A DNA stretch of 64,000 bases from Candidatus Multivoradales bacterium. GTDB lineage: Bacteria > Acidobacteriota > Thermoanaerobaculia > Multivoradales > JAHEKO01. Location of the stretch: positions 3,072,001 to 3,136,000 of the forward strand of contig CBDCXM010000009.1 in the NCBI GenBank assembly GCA_965223855.1, written 5' to 3'. The notes under the pieces are model-generated. The model was given only the letters and a program-made list of their open reading frames with translations, did not search any database and was not told the origin of the DNA. Shown piece after piece: positions 42,408 through 52,267 of the stretch (within the stretch, counting starts at the first letter, position 1; each line of letters begins with the position of its first letter). Made by a program: the position numbers and the translations under genes.

Positions 42408-43291
42408 ACTCCGCCCGCGAAGGCGCCGGTACCGGTCAACTCATCTTCGTCACCGGTCTCTCCGGTTCCGGCAAGTCGACGGTCGCCAAGTGCCTGGAAG
42501 ACCTCGGCTTCTACACCGTCGACAATCTTCCCTTCGACCTTCTCGAGTCGTTCGTCGCCGATCCGTTCCGGCACGCCGGCGAGGCGGAGGGAGTGGCGAT
42601 CGTCACCGACATGAGGGCCGAGGGCTTCGCCCGCCGGTTTCCACGACTCGTGGAGAGCGAAACGGTGCAGCGGCTCGACCCGGTGGTGCTGTTCCTCGAG
42701 GCCGACGACGAAACGCTCGTGCGCCGGTTCTCCGAGACGCGCCGCAGTCATCCGATCGCCGGCGCGGAGTCGGTGATCGCCAGCATCCGCACCGAGCGGG
42801 AGATGCTCGCAGAAGTCCGCGGCATCGCCGACAGGGTCTACGACTCGAGCGAGTGGAACCTGCACGAGCTTCGCCACCAGGTGCGACTCGAGTTCGGACC
42901 GCGGGAGGCGGGGGAGGCGGGGCCGGTCGTCACCCTGATGAGCTTCGGCTACAAGTACGGAATTCCGTACGCTTCCGATCTTCTCTTCGACGTCCGCTTT
43001 CTCCCCAACCCCTACTTCGAGGAGGGACTGCGGGAGCTGACCGGCCGCGACGAGCCGGTGCGGAAGTTCCTCGAGGCTCAGCCGGAGTACGAGGAACTGG
43101 TCGAACGCCTCGACGGCTTCCTCTCCTACCTGCTGCCGAAGTATGCAGGCGAGCAGCGCTCCTACGTCTCCGTCGCCGTCGGATGCACAGGCGGCCGGCA
43201 CCGGTCGGTCGCGATCGTCGAGGCTCTCGAGGGGCGTCTCGACGCGGCCGGCTGGACGCTGCGCGTCAGCCATCGCGACGCCGAGCGCTGA
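42404..43291 (+). CDS. rapZ: RNase adapter RapZ
   Basis: TGLSGSGKS, VDNLP, RRFSETRR, FDVRFLPNP, GCTGGRHRSV. Confidence 0.95.
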   Translation: MNSAREGAGTGQLIFVTGLSGSGKSTVAKCLEDLGFYTVDNLPFDLLESFVADPFRHAGEAEGVAIVTDMRAEGFARRFPRLVESETVQRLDPVVLFLEADDETLVRRFSETRRSHPIAGAESVIASIRTEREMLAEVRGIADRVYDSSEWNLHELRHQVRLEFGPREAGEAGPVVTLMSFGYKYGIPYASDLLFDVRFLPNPYFEEGLRELTGRDEPVRKFLEAQPEYEELVERLDGFLSYLLPKYAGEQRSYVSVAVGCTGGRHRSVAIVEALEGRLDAAGWTLRVSHRDAER

Positions 43292-43350
43292 GCCGGCGCG
43301 GCGCCCCCGGCCCGCCACCCCGAGGCTCCCGATTTCGGTACTCTTGACCG

Positions 43351-43770
43351 ATGGAGACGAACGGTCGCGCCCAGGTACTGCTGCTCACCCGCGGTGAGCT
43401 CGCACGCGAGTGGCTGCGCGCCACCGAGTCGGTGTGCGGCTGCCCGCCCGACGGCATGAGCGCCGTGACACTGGCGTACGATTCGACTTGCGAGGAGGAT
43501 CGTAGCCATGTGCAAGACATTCTCCATAAAGTTCGCGAGGGTGGGCCGGTCCTGGTCCTTACCGACCTCCACGGCAGCACGCCGACGAACCTTGCCGTAG
43601 AGTTCGCCGAGGATCCGGGGATCGTCGTCGTAGCAGGCGCCAACCTCGCCATGGTGGTGCGGCTCGCCTGCGACCCGATGCGGGACCGCCCGCTCGACGA
43701 GCTGGCCGCCTGGATCTGCGAAAAGGGGCGCACTGCGATCCGGACCGTCTGCGGCGGGGCCGCCTCTTGA
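43351..43770 (+). CDS. PTS EIIA-Man-type protein (phospho-His replaced by Arg)
   Basis: LLLTRG (family consensus THG), VLTDLHGSTP, AGANLAM. Confidence 0.8.
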   Translation: METNGRAQVLLLTRGELAREWLRATESVCGCPPDGMSAVTLAYDSTCEEDRSHVQDILHKVREGGPVLVLTDLHGSTPTNLAVEFAEDPGIVVVAGANLAMVVRLACDPMRDRPLDELAAWICEKGRTAIRTVCGGAAS

Positions 43771-44036
43771 CCGAGCGCGAGCTCACGCTCACGAACCGAC
43801 TCGGCCTCCACGCCCGCGCCGCCGCCAAGTTCGTCAACGTCGCCGGACGCTTCGAGGCCGCCATCACGGTCGAGAGCAACGGCGACTCGGTCGAGGGCAA
43901 GAGCATTCTCGGGCTCCTGCTGCTCGCCGCGCCGGTCGGAAGCAAACTCGTCGTCCGTTGCGACGGGCGCGACGAAGTGGACGCGATGGCTGCGCTCGCC
44001 GAGCTGATCGAGGATCGCTTCGGAGAGGGCGAATAG
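43767..44036 (+). CDS. ptsH: HPr phosphocarrier
   Basis: GLHARAAA (His15), GKSILGLL (Ser46). Confidence 0.93.
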   Translation: MTERELTLTNRLGLHARAAAKFVNVAGRFEAAITVESNGDSVEGKSILGLLLLAAPVGSKLVVRCDGRDEVDAMAALAELIEDRFGEGE

Positions 44037-44037
44037 G

Positions 44038-45781
44038 GTGGGGGAGCGACGCCACGAAGGGCGATCGATCGTCGCCGGATGCGCCGGAGGCCGCTTCGTC
44101 GCGATCGACCGCGAGCTGGACGAGATCTACCGCCTGGCGATCGAACCTTCCGACGTGCCGGCGCAGATCGAGCGGTTGCACCGCGCGATCGGCCTCGCGC
44201 GACAGGAGATAGAGCGCACCCGGCTGGCGGTGCCGGACCCGGTGTGCGACGACCTTGCGCCGATCTTCGACGCCCAGAAGCTCCTCCTCGACGACAGCGC
44301 GCTCCAGCGGCAGATCATCGGCCGCATCGAGGCGGAAAAGGTGAACGCCGAGTGGGCGGTGCGCGAGACCTTCGGCGAGCTCGCGAAGCGCTTCGCCGAC
44401 TTCGAGGCCGCGCACCTCAGAGAGCGGGCGCAGGACCTGCGCGACGTAGCCCGCGCCCTGCTGCGGGCTCTCGGTGACGATCAGGAGACCGGGCGCCCCG
44501 ACCTCGAGCGATTCGGCGAGCCGATCGTCCTCTTCGGACACGACCTCACCCCCTCCGACGCCATTCGCCTGGCACGTGCGGGGGTCGCCGCCTTCGCGCT
44601 CGAGATCGGCGGCGAGGCGTCGCACACCGCGATCATCGCGCGGGCGTTGAATCTGCCATTGGTCTCGGGCCTCGCCGGGCTGACCGACCACGACCTCGAG
44701 GCGGAGCGAGCCATCGTCGACGGCGATCTCGGGCTCCTGATCCTCGACCCCGAAGCGGCCACCGAAGCGCACTACCGGCGCCACGCGGCGGAGTCCGAGC
44801 GCCGCGAGCACGAGCTGGAGGGCGAAGCCGCGGCCGAGGCCCGCACGCTCGATGGCGAGTCGGTGCGGCTGATGGCCAACATCGATCTGCCCCAGGAACT
44901 CGGAGATGTCCGGCGCTACGGTAGTGAAGGGGTGGGGCTCTACCGCAGCGAGTTCCTGTTCATCGAGAAGAGCCCCGAACTGCCGACGGAGGAGGAGCAG
45001 CTCGCGGTGCTCCATGAGCTGATCGACGCCTCGGCTCCGCACCCGGCCGTGGTCCGTACCTTCGACCTCGGCGGGCGCAAACTCGCCAAGGAGGTGATCG
45101 AGACCCGGGAGGAGAACCCCGTTCTCGGTCTGCGCGGAATCCGACTCACCCTGCAGCGCAGCGAGATCTTCAAGTCGCAGCTCCGCGCGATCCTGCGCGC
45201 CGGAGCGCATGGCCGGCTGCGAGTCCTGCTGCCGATGGTGACGGGCGTCGCCGAGATCCGGCAGTTCCGGGAGATCGCGCACGAGGCGGCGGAGGAGCTG
45301 CGCGCCGAAGGCGCCGACTTCCGCGAGGATTTCCGTCTCGGCGCCATGATCGAGGTGCCCTCGGCGGCGATGATGGCGGATCGCATCGCCAGCGAAGTCG
45401 ACTTCCTCTCGCTGGGTACGAACGACCTGGTGCAGTACGCGCTGGCCGTCGATCGCAACAACGAACAGGTCGCCTACCTCTACCAGCCGCTCCACCCGGC
45501 GATTCTTCGCATGGTACGCTTCGTAGTCGACAGCGCGCGCAAAGCAGGCATCGAAGTGGTCGCCTGCGGCGAGGTTGCGGCCGATCCGAGAATCACTCCG
45601 CTGCTGCTCGGCCTCGGCCTCCGTCGACTCTCCGTCACGCCGAGGGCTATCCCCCGGATCAAGAAGAGGGTTCGAGAGGTATCTGCGGAGGAACTGGCCG
45701 CCGTCGCCGACCGTTGTCTCGATGCCGACTCGCCCGAAGACGTCCAGGAAGCTCTCAGGCAGTCCGGGAATCGAGGTCTGA
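44038..45781 (+). CDS. ptsI: PTS enzyme I; probable 1-nt indel near 45767 (as assembled, the ORF reads on to 46026)
   Basis: SHTAIIAR, GVGLYRSE, ENPVLGLRGIR, MIEVP, GTNDL, CGE. Removing one base from CCGGGAA gives ...SGIEV-stop at 45781. Confidence 0.92.
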
Positions 45782-45832
45782 GCCACCACCCACAACCACC
45801 ATCGACGCACCCAGACTCCGGAGATCTTCAGC

Positions 45833-46186
45833 ATGCTAAAGCCCGTCGAGACCATCGACAAGCCGTGGGGATACGAGTTGATCCTCGCTCACACCGATCG
45901 TTACGTCGGCAAGATCCTGCACGTGGACGCCGGGCACGCGCTGTCGCTGCAGTACCACGAGAAGAAGGACGAGACCCTTTACCTCTATCGCGGCGAGTTC
46001 GAGCTGGTCGTCGAGGAGGACGGTGAGATGGTGCAGCGCACGATCAAGGAGGGCGAGTCGTACCACATCCCTCCGTTCACCAAGCACCGGATGATCGCCG
46101 GCCCGGACGGTTGCGACATCTTCGAGGTCTCGACACCGGAACTCGACGACGTGGTGCGGATCGAAGACCGCTATGGACGGAGCTGA
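45833..46186 (+). CDS. Cupin domain protein (mannose-6-P isomerase type II C-terminal-like)
   Basis: DKPWGYE, LSLQYHEKKDE, EVSTPELDDVVRIEDRYGR. Confidence 0.88.
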   Translation: MLKPVETIDKPWGYELILAHTDRYVGKILHVDAGHALSLQYHEKKDETLYLYRGEFELVVEEDGEMVQRTIKEGESYHIPPFTKHRMIAGPDGCDIFEVSTPELDDVVRIEDRYGRS

Positions 46187-47048
46187 CCGCCGGCCCGAGA
46201 TCTTGCGTGCCGCCCTTGCCGTCGGCTCCCTGCTGGCCGCAACGGGCCTTACGGGTTGTGGCGGACAGAAGGAGCCCGAAGTCGGCGAGCGTCCGACCCG
46301 GGCAGCTCAGGAGATCGCCGCTGCCAAGGCCGAGGCCGAGGCGACCGAGGCCGCAGACGCCGCTGAAGCTGCTGCGCCCCCGGCGGAGGAAGGCGAGAAG
46401 CCTGCGACGTTGGTGCTGCGGGAAGGTGAGCGCTTTCCGGCCGTCCGCGTCGAGGAACCGCCCGAGGAGGAACCTTCGCTTTGGGAGGCCTCCCAGGCCG
46501 AGCGGCGTCGCCGGGCAGAGTCGGGAACGTCGAAGATCGTCATTACCGACGAGAACCTGCAGGAATACTCGTCGAAGGGGCAGCTGACAGAGCTCATCAC
46601 GGAACCTCTGCCCGGAGAGAGCCTGGAGGCGGAGGTTGCGGAGGAGACGGAAGACCTCGAGACCTACTGGCGCGACCGGGTGCGCGACGCCCGTCTCAGC
46701 TGGCGCGCCGCCGCCGACAGAGTTGTCGAGCTCGAGAGCGAGGTCGCGCGCCTGCGCCATGAGTTCTACGCAGCGGTCGACGCCTTCTACCGCGACTCCG
46801 AAATCAAGCCGGCGTGGGACCGCGCAGCTCTCGAGCTGGAAAGGGCTCGCGCGTCGGTCGAGGAGCGGCGGCTCGAAGTGCAGCTCGTGCTCGAGGAGGG
46901 GGTGAGAGACGACGCCCTTCCCGGTTGGCTGCGCGAGGGTATCGAGTTCGAGCCGGAGGTACCGGACGAGCAGCGGCCGCAAGCCGGCGGCGAGCTCCCG
47001 ATCGTGGAGGCGATCGAGACGCCGATCGCCGAGGAGCCGCCGAAGTGA
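46173..47048 (+). CDS. Hypothetical lipoprotein
   Basis: Lipobox LTGC; acidic coiled coil; PGWLRE near the C-terminus. Confidence 0.7.
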   Translation: MDGADRRPEILRAALAVGSLLAATGLTGCGGQKEPEVGERPTRAAQEIAAAKAEAEATEAADAAEAAAPPAEEGEKPATLVLREGERFPAVRVEEPPEEEPSLWEASQAERRRRAESGTSKIVITDENLQEYSSKGQLTELITEPLPGESLEAEVAEETEDLETYWRDRVRDARLSWRAAADRVVELESEVARLRHEFYAAVDAFYRDSEIKPAWDRAALELERARASVEERRLEVQLVLEEGVRDDALPGWLREGIEFEPEVPDEQRPQAGGELPIVEAIETPIAEEPPK

Positions 47049-48436
47049 GCGGCACCGAAAACCCTGCCGCGCAGACTCCGCGCCGGTTCTTCGTCGAGAC
47101 CTGGGGCTGCCAGATGAACGAGCTCGACAGCCAGCGGATGGCGGGGCAGCTCATGCAGCAGGGGTTGCTGCCGACTCGCGAGGTCGGCGAGGCGGACGTG
47201 GTGCTGCTGAACTCCTGCAGCGTGCGCGACAAGGCGGAGCAGAAGGTCTACTCGCGGCTCGGTCAGTACCGCCTGCTCAAGCAGTCGCGGCCGGGGATGA
47301 TGATCGGCCTGTGCGGTTGCGTGGCTGAGCAGGAGGGGCAGCGCGCCCTCGACCGTGTGCCCGACCTCGACTTCGTGCTCGGCACTGCCCGCGTCGGCGA
47401 GCTGCGGGACGTACTGGCGCGACGGCGCGCGGGCGAGCGCCTCGTCGCTACCGGCTTTTCCGACACGCGCCACTACGAGATCGACGCGATCTCGCGCCAC
47501 GGCGAGTACAAGGGGATGGTGACGATCATCGAAGGATGCGACAAGAAGTGCACCTTCTGCATCGTGCCGCAGACCCGCGGGCCGGAAATCAGCCGCCCGA
47601 TGCGAGAGATCCTGCGCGAGGTCAGGCATCTGGTCGACTACGGCTTCCGTGAGATCGAGCTCCTCGGCCAGACCGTCAACCACTGGCGCCAGCCCGCCGG
47701 CGAGGAGGGGCACGGCGAGTGCGACTTTGCCGACCTGCTCGATGCGGTCGCACGGGTCGATGGGGTGGAGCGGCTGCGCTTCGTCACCTCCTACCCGCGT
47801 GACTTCAGCCAGCGGATGGTCGATCAGTTCGCACGGCACGAGAACCTGTGCCCCTACCTTCATCTGCCGGTGCAGTCGGGCTCCAACCGCATCCTGCGAC
47901 TCATGGCTCGGGGCTATACGGTGGAGGAGTATCGCGACCTCGTCGCGAGGCTGCGCGAGGCGCGACCCGATCTGGCCCTCTCCACCGATCTGATCGTCGG
48001 CTTTCCGGGGGAGACGGACGAGGACTTCGAGGCGACCCGCAGCCTGGTCGAGGAGACCCGGTTCGGCTCGTTCTTCGCCTTCAAGTACTCGCCGCGACCC
48101 GGCACAGCGGCGCCGAAGCTGCCCGATCCGGTCGACGACGTGACGGCGAGTCGCCGGCTGCAGGAACTCTTCGCCGTCCAGGAGCCGATCCAGCGCTCCC
48201 TCAACGAGGCGCTCGTCGGCAGCCGCCAACGGGTGCTCGTGACCGGCTGGGGCAAGGAGCCGGGAACGCAGGTCGGCCGCACCCCGTGCCACCGCGTGGT
48301 GCACTTCGCCGCCGCAGACCCCTCGGGAGCCGAGCCGGTGCGCACGGGCGAGTTGACCAACGTCGTGATCGAGTCGGCGCTGCCGCACTCGCTGCTCGGC
48401 CGGCTTGACCGTGTCGCGAAGGCACGCGCACAATAG
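47045..48436 (+). CDS. miaB: tRNA methylthiotransferase MiaB
   Basis: TWGCQMN, NSCSVR, GCDKKCTFC radical SAM motif, HLPVQSGS, TRAM domain. Confidence 0.96.
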   Translation: MSGTENPAAQTPRRFFVETWGCQMNELDSQRMAGQLMQQGLLPTREVGEADVVLLNSCSVRDKAEQKVYSRLGQYRLLKQSRPGMMIGLCGCVAEQEGQRALDRVPDLDFVLGTARVGELRDVLARRRAGERLVATGFSDTRHYEIDAISRHGEYKGMVTIIEGCDKKCTFCIVPQTRGPEISRPMREILREVRHLVDYGFREIELLGQTVNHWRQPAGEEGHGECDFADLLDAVARVDGVERLRFVTSYPRDFSQRMVDQFARHENLCPYLHLPVQSGSNRILRLMARGYTVEEYRDLVARLREARPDLALSTDLIVGFPGETDEDFEATRSLVEETRFGSFFAFKYSPRPGTAAPKLPDPVDDVTASRRLQELFAVQEPIQRSLNEALVGSRQRVLVTGWGKEPGTQVGRTPCHRVVHFAAADPSGAEPVRTGELTNVVIESALPHSLLGRLDRVAKARAQ

Positions 48437-48443
48437 GTCGGTC

Positions 48444-48941
48444 ATGGGAGACGCGCCGATCCGCATGGAGATCAAGGGTCTGATGCTAGACCCGAACTCC
48501 AACACGCCGATCGTGATCCTCCGCAACGAAGACGAGACCCTCTTCCTGCCGATCTGGATCGGGGTCTTCGAGGCCAATGCAATCGCGATGCAGCTCGAAG
48601 ACGCCAAGCCGGCGCGGCCGATGACCCACGATCTCTTCCACACGACCCTGAGCGAGGCGGGGCTCGCCCTCGAGCAGGTCCTGATCCGCGACCTGAAGGA
48701 CAACACGTTCTTCGCGACGTTGCGCCTGACCGGGGAAGGGGATCGCCGCCTGGAGATCGACGCACGGCCCAGCGACGCGCTCGCCCTTGCCCTGCGCTCC
48801 GAGGCCGAGGTGCTCGTGCTGCCTTCGGTGCTCGAAAAGGCGGAGGCGATCGAGCTCGTGCAGCAGATCGAGGGCGAGGACGAGCTCAAGAAGTGGCTGG
48901 CCGAGGTCGATCCCGACGATCTCGGCGAGTACCCGATGTAG
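48444..48941 (+). CDS. Bifunctional nuclease family (DUF151)
   Basis: LPIWIGVFEANAI, RPMTHDL, IDARPSDA. Confidence 0.92.
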   Translation: MGDAPIRMEIKGLMLDPNSNTPIVILRNEDETLFLPIWIGVFEANAIAMQLEDAKPARPMTHDLFHTTLSEAGLALEQVLIRDLKDNTFFATLRLTGEGDRRLEIDARPSDALALALRSEAEVLVLPSVLEKAEAIELVQQIEGEDELKKWLAEVDPDDLGEYPM

Positions 48942-48998
48942 GGCGCCCGCTCCTCTCTGATTCTCCGCTTAATCGACTGAAAACATTGCACTTGCACC

Positions 48999-49020
48999 CG
49001 ATGTCGGCGCGCCGACATCG
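48999..49020. promoter_or_regulatory. Perfect 22-bp palindrome upstream of parA; candidate non-canonical parS or operator
   Basis: CGATGTCGGCGCGCCGACATCG with 16-bp core TGTCGGCGCGCCGACA. Confidence 0.55.
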
Positions 49021-49045
49021 TCGCAGGGCCCTGTCGCGCGGTTTC

Positions 49046-49074
49046 TTGACCCCTCCGGGGGCATGTCCTACACT
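49046..49074 (+). promoter_or_regulatory. Sigma70 promoter of parAB
   Basis: TTGACC-N17-TACACT. Confidence 0.7.
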
Positions 49075-49103
49075 GGCGGCGCTCGAATGAGACCGCGCAC
49101 CGC

Positions 49104-49862
49104 ATGATCCTCGCCATCGCCAACCAGAAGGGCGGAGTCGGCAAGACGACGACGGCGATCAACGTCGCGGCGGCCATGGCCTCGAAGGGGCTCAAGACCC
49201 TGCTGATCGACCTCGATCCGCAGGCGAACAGCTCGATGACGTTCCTGCCGCCAGAGCAGGTAGGGAAGACCGTCTACGACGCGCTCTCCGACGACGCGAC
49301 GAGCCTCGAGGAGGTGACCTACCGGGTCAGCGACCTGCAGAGCCTTTGGGTGGCACCCTCGTCGATCGCGCTCGCCAAGATCGAGGCGAAGCTGATCGGC
49401 GAGTTCGACAGCTACTACCGGCTGCAAGACAAGCTGGGGCCGGTGCGGGGCGACTACGACTACATCGTCATCGACACGCCGCCGACGCTCGGCATCATCA
49501 CCGTCAACGCCCTCGTGGCATCGACGCACATTCTGATCCCGATCCAGGCGTCCTACTTCGCGCTCGAGGGGACCGACGACCTTCTGGAGACGATCGACAA
49601 GATCAAGGCTCGGGCGAATCCCGAGTTGCAGATCCTCGGCGCGGTGCTGACCCTGTTCGACAAGCGCACCAACCTTTCCAAGGACGTGCGTGAACAGGTG
49701 GAGGAGGTCTTCGGCGACAAGGTTTTCGACACCGCGATTTCGAGGAGCGTCCGGCTCGAAGAGAGCCCCGCCTACCGGGAGTCGATCTTCAGCTTCGCGC
49801 CCAAGTCGAGCGGAGCGTTCGAGTACTACAAGCTTTCCGAGGAGATTCTCAGCCGCGTCTAG
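49104..49862 (+). CDS. parA: ParA/Soj family ATPase
   Basis: ANQKGGVGKTTT, DLDPQAN, IDTPP, VRLEESP. Confidence 0.93.
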   Translation: MILAIANQKGGVGKTTTAINVAAAMASKGLKTLLIDLDPQANSSMTFLPPEQVGKTVYDALSDDATSLEEVTYRVSDLQSLWVAPSSIALAKIEAKLIGEFDSYYRLQDKLGPVRGDYDYIVIDTPPTLGIITVNALVASTHILIPIQASYFALEGTDDLLETIDKIKARANPELQILGAVLTLFDKRTNLSKDVREQVEEVFGDKVFDTAISRSVRLEESPAYRESIFSFAPKSSGAFEYYKLSEEILSRV

Positions 49863-49900
49863 CGGCCGTGACCGCCCTCCGGAAAGAGGGGGAAGCAACC

Positions 49901-50815
49901 ATGAGCGATTCGCGAGACGACCGCCGCGGCCTGCCGTCGCGACTGAAGATGCGGCACGACACTCACTTCGTCGAGGAGCTCGCCAGCCGCCACGTCGATC
50001 CGATCGGCCAGCGGGTCGACATCGGCAGAGTAGAGCCCGATCCCGACCAGCCGCGCAGCCGGATGGGGGAGCTGGACGACCTCGTCTCCTCGATCCGCGA
50101 GAAGGGGATCCTCGAGCCGATCCTGGTGCGCGAAGTGAGTGGGGGAGAGCCGGGCATCGACTACCGGATCATCTCGGGGGAGCGACGCTATCGCGCTGCG
50201 CTCGAGGCCGAGCTCACCGACCTGCCGGTGATCGTCCTCGACGTCGACCCCGACGAGGCGCTCGAGATCGCGCTGATCGAGAACCTCCAGCGCAAGGACC
50301 TCACGCCGTTCGAGGAGGCGCAAGGCTTCCACGCACTGGCCGAGCGACACCAGTACACCCATCAGGAGATCGCCTCGGCGGTCGGGCGCTCGCGCAGTCT
50401 CGTCTCCGAGACGCTGAAGTTGCTCGAAATGCCGGAAGACGTGCGGCGGATGGCGGAGCGGCACGAGGTTCTGTCGCGCTCGATGCTCCTCGAGATCCTC
50501 AAGGCCTCCGGCGGCGACGAGGAGGCGATGCTGCGGCTCATCGAGCAGGCGGCACACGGCACACTGCGGCGCGACGACGTTCGCGACGAGATCCGCAGCC
50601 GGAAGCCCCGCGCCAGCGCCCGCAGAAAGCCCTACACCTTCAAGTTCCGAGACCCGGAGAAGAGCTTCCACCTGGCGCTGTCGTTCCGCCGCAGCGAGGT
50701 CGAGCGGTCCGACCTGATCTCGGCCCTGGAGCAAATTCTCGGGGAGCTGCGCCGCGCCGAGGTGGACGATGTCGGCCCGGCAGCCTTCGGCGGGGAAGAG
50801 CGCGAGGAAGAGTAG
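49901..50815 (+). CDS. parB: ParB/Spo0J family partition protein
   Basis: PDQPR, SIREKGILEP, ISGERRYRA (CTPase), LIENLQRKDL, HTH. Confidence 0.92.
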   Translation: MSDSRDDRRGLPSRLKMRHDTHFVEELASRHVDPIGQRVDIGRVEPDPDQPRSRMGELDDLVSSIREKGILEPILVREVSGGEPGIDYRIISGERRYRAALEAELTDLPVIVLDVDPDEALEIALIENLQRKDLTPFEEAQGFHALAERHQYTHQEIASAVGRSRSLVSETLKLLEMPEDVRRMAERHEVLSRSMLLEILKASGGDEEAMLRLIEQAAHGTLRRDDVRDEIRSRKPRASARRKPYTFKFRDPEKSFHLALSFRRSEVERSDLISALEQILGELRRAEVDDVGPAAFGGEEREEE

Positions 50816-50897
50816 CGGCCGGCGCGGCATCCCCGCGTGGTCACGGTCCCGGCGCGCCAGGCTCGCGATCGTGCTCGCGGCCGCCCTGCTCGCCGCC

Positions 50898-51557
50898 ATG
50901 GCGGAACGAGGCTCGACCGAGAGCGGTCCCGAGATGCCCCCTCCTGAGATCGATCACCTCCTCTACGCCTGCCCCGACCTCGAGAGGGGGATGGACGAGA
51001 TCGAATCCCTACTCGGCGTCAGGCCGTTCCCGGGAGGCCGTCATTCTCGATACGGCACCCACAACGCCCTGGTGTCCCTGGGCAAGGGCGTCTACCTGGA
51101 AGTCATCGCACGCGACCCGGAACTCGAGGCTCCCGAACGAGGAGCGCTCGTAGAGGTCGAGGGCCCCTGCCGGCTTCTGACGTGGGCAGCGGGGACGGCG
51201 CACATCGAGTCGACAGCTGCGGCCGCGCAGCAGGCAGGTATCGGCCTGGGCAGCGTCGAAGAGGGGAGCCGGGAAAGGCCGGACGGCAGCCTCCTTCGCT
51301 GGCGGCTGACCGATCCCTACGCCATGCCCCTGGGCGGAGCCGTCCCGTTCCTCATCGACTGGGGAGACACGACGCACCCCTCGACCGTCGCGCCCCGGGC
51401 AGGGGAGCTGATCCGACTCGAGATCGGCCACCCCGCACCTGGGGAGGTCCGCAGAGCGCTTGCCGCCCTCAGCATCGAGATCGACGTGGTCGAGGAGCAG
51501 GAAACCCGCCTGTCCGCAACGATCTCCACAAGCAACGGCCCGGTGGCCCTCCGCTAG
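50898..51557 (+). CDS. Glyoxalase-like (VOC) protein
   Basis: IDHLLYA, GGRHSRYGTHNALV, YLEVIA, PFLIDW; start uncertain. Confidence 0.85.
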   Translation: MAERGSTESGPEMPPPEIDHLLYACPDLERGMDEIESLLGVRPFPGGRHSRYGTHNALVSLGKGVYLEVIARDPELEAPERGALVEVEGPCRLLTWAAGTAHIESTAAAAQQAGIGLGSVEEGSRERPDGSLLRWRLTDPYAMPLGGAVPFLIDWGDTTHPSTVAPRAGELIRLEIGHPAPGEVRRALAALSIEIDVVEEQETRLSATISTSNGPVALR

Positions 51558-51621
51558 GTTGCGGAAGCCGCGGCTCGTCAAACCTTCCTGAAGACGCAGC
51601 CTCTCCCTACTTGGACTCTCT

Positions 51622-52245
51622 GAACATTCACCCGGCACTCGCCGAGGTAGCACTCGTCGAGGTAGCCCGGCACGAACCAACACGAGCGGTGGTGACGACG
51701 ACCCGATGAGTGGCGACGGCGATGGTCGAGTTCCTCGAGGGAGAGGGCGCTGGAAAAGGGCGTGGAGAAGAGCTCCAGGTAAGCAGGGACCAACTCAACG
51801 GAAGGTGCGAGCACAGCAGTCCCACCTCTTCCAGGCCTACTTGAAGCCCTTCGCGTGGACCGAGTTCCAGGCCTCAGGGTCCTCCTCGGGGAGGCCCGAA
51901 CATTCACCTGGCACCTACGTAGCAGGCCTACTTGAAGCCCTTCGCCTGGACCAAGTCTCAGGCTTGGGGGGCCTCCTCGGGAGGCCCGTACATCCTCACC
52001 TGGCACCAGGCCCGAACATTCACCTGGCACCTAGCTAGCGGCGTGGAGAAGAGCTCCAGGTAAGGAGCCAACCGAAGGTGCCAGCACAGCAATCCCACCT
52101 CTTCTACGCCTACTTGAGGCCCTTCTCGTCGACCGAGCTCCACGCTTGAGGCGCCCCTCCTAGGGGAGGCCAGAACATTCACCTGGCACTTAGCGAAAGC
52201 AGAACATTCACCGGGCACCTAGCGAAAGGGCGCCTAGCGAGAGGC
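51622..52245. repeat. Non-coding repeat cluster: six copies of GAACATTCACCTGGCAC plus ~150-bp duplicated units (REP/MITE-like)
   Basis: 17-mer copies start at 51622, 51898, 51988 (variant), 52014, 52173 and 52202. Long units at 51759-51914, 51923-52006 (partial) and 52040-52189. Confidence 0.85.
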
Positions 52246-52267
52246 GGCTGCGGTCCCTTGCGGGTCT

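Noticed and set aside
51909-52040. Sigma54-like TGGCAC-N-TAGC matches inside the repeats (GG-N10-GC at two copies)
   Set aside because: They lack the TTGC -12 element, have no downstream + strand gene, and arise from the repeat's own TGGCAC.
51578-52218. Short ORFs spanning the repeat cluster
   Set aside because: They are translations of the repeat (RCQVNV), with no start context or family motif.
51622-52245. CRISPR array
   Set aside because: Repeat is only 17 nt, spacing is highly irregular, spacers are copies of each other, and no cas genes are present.
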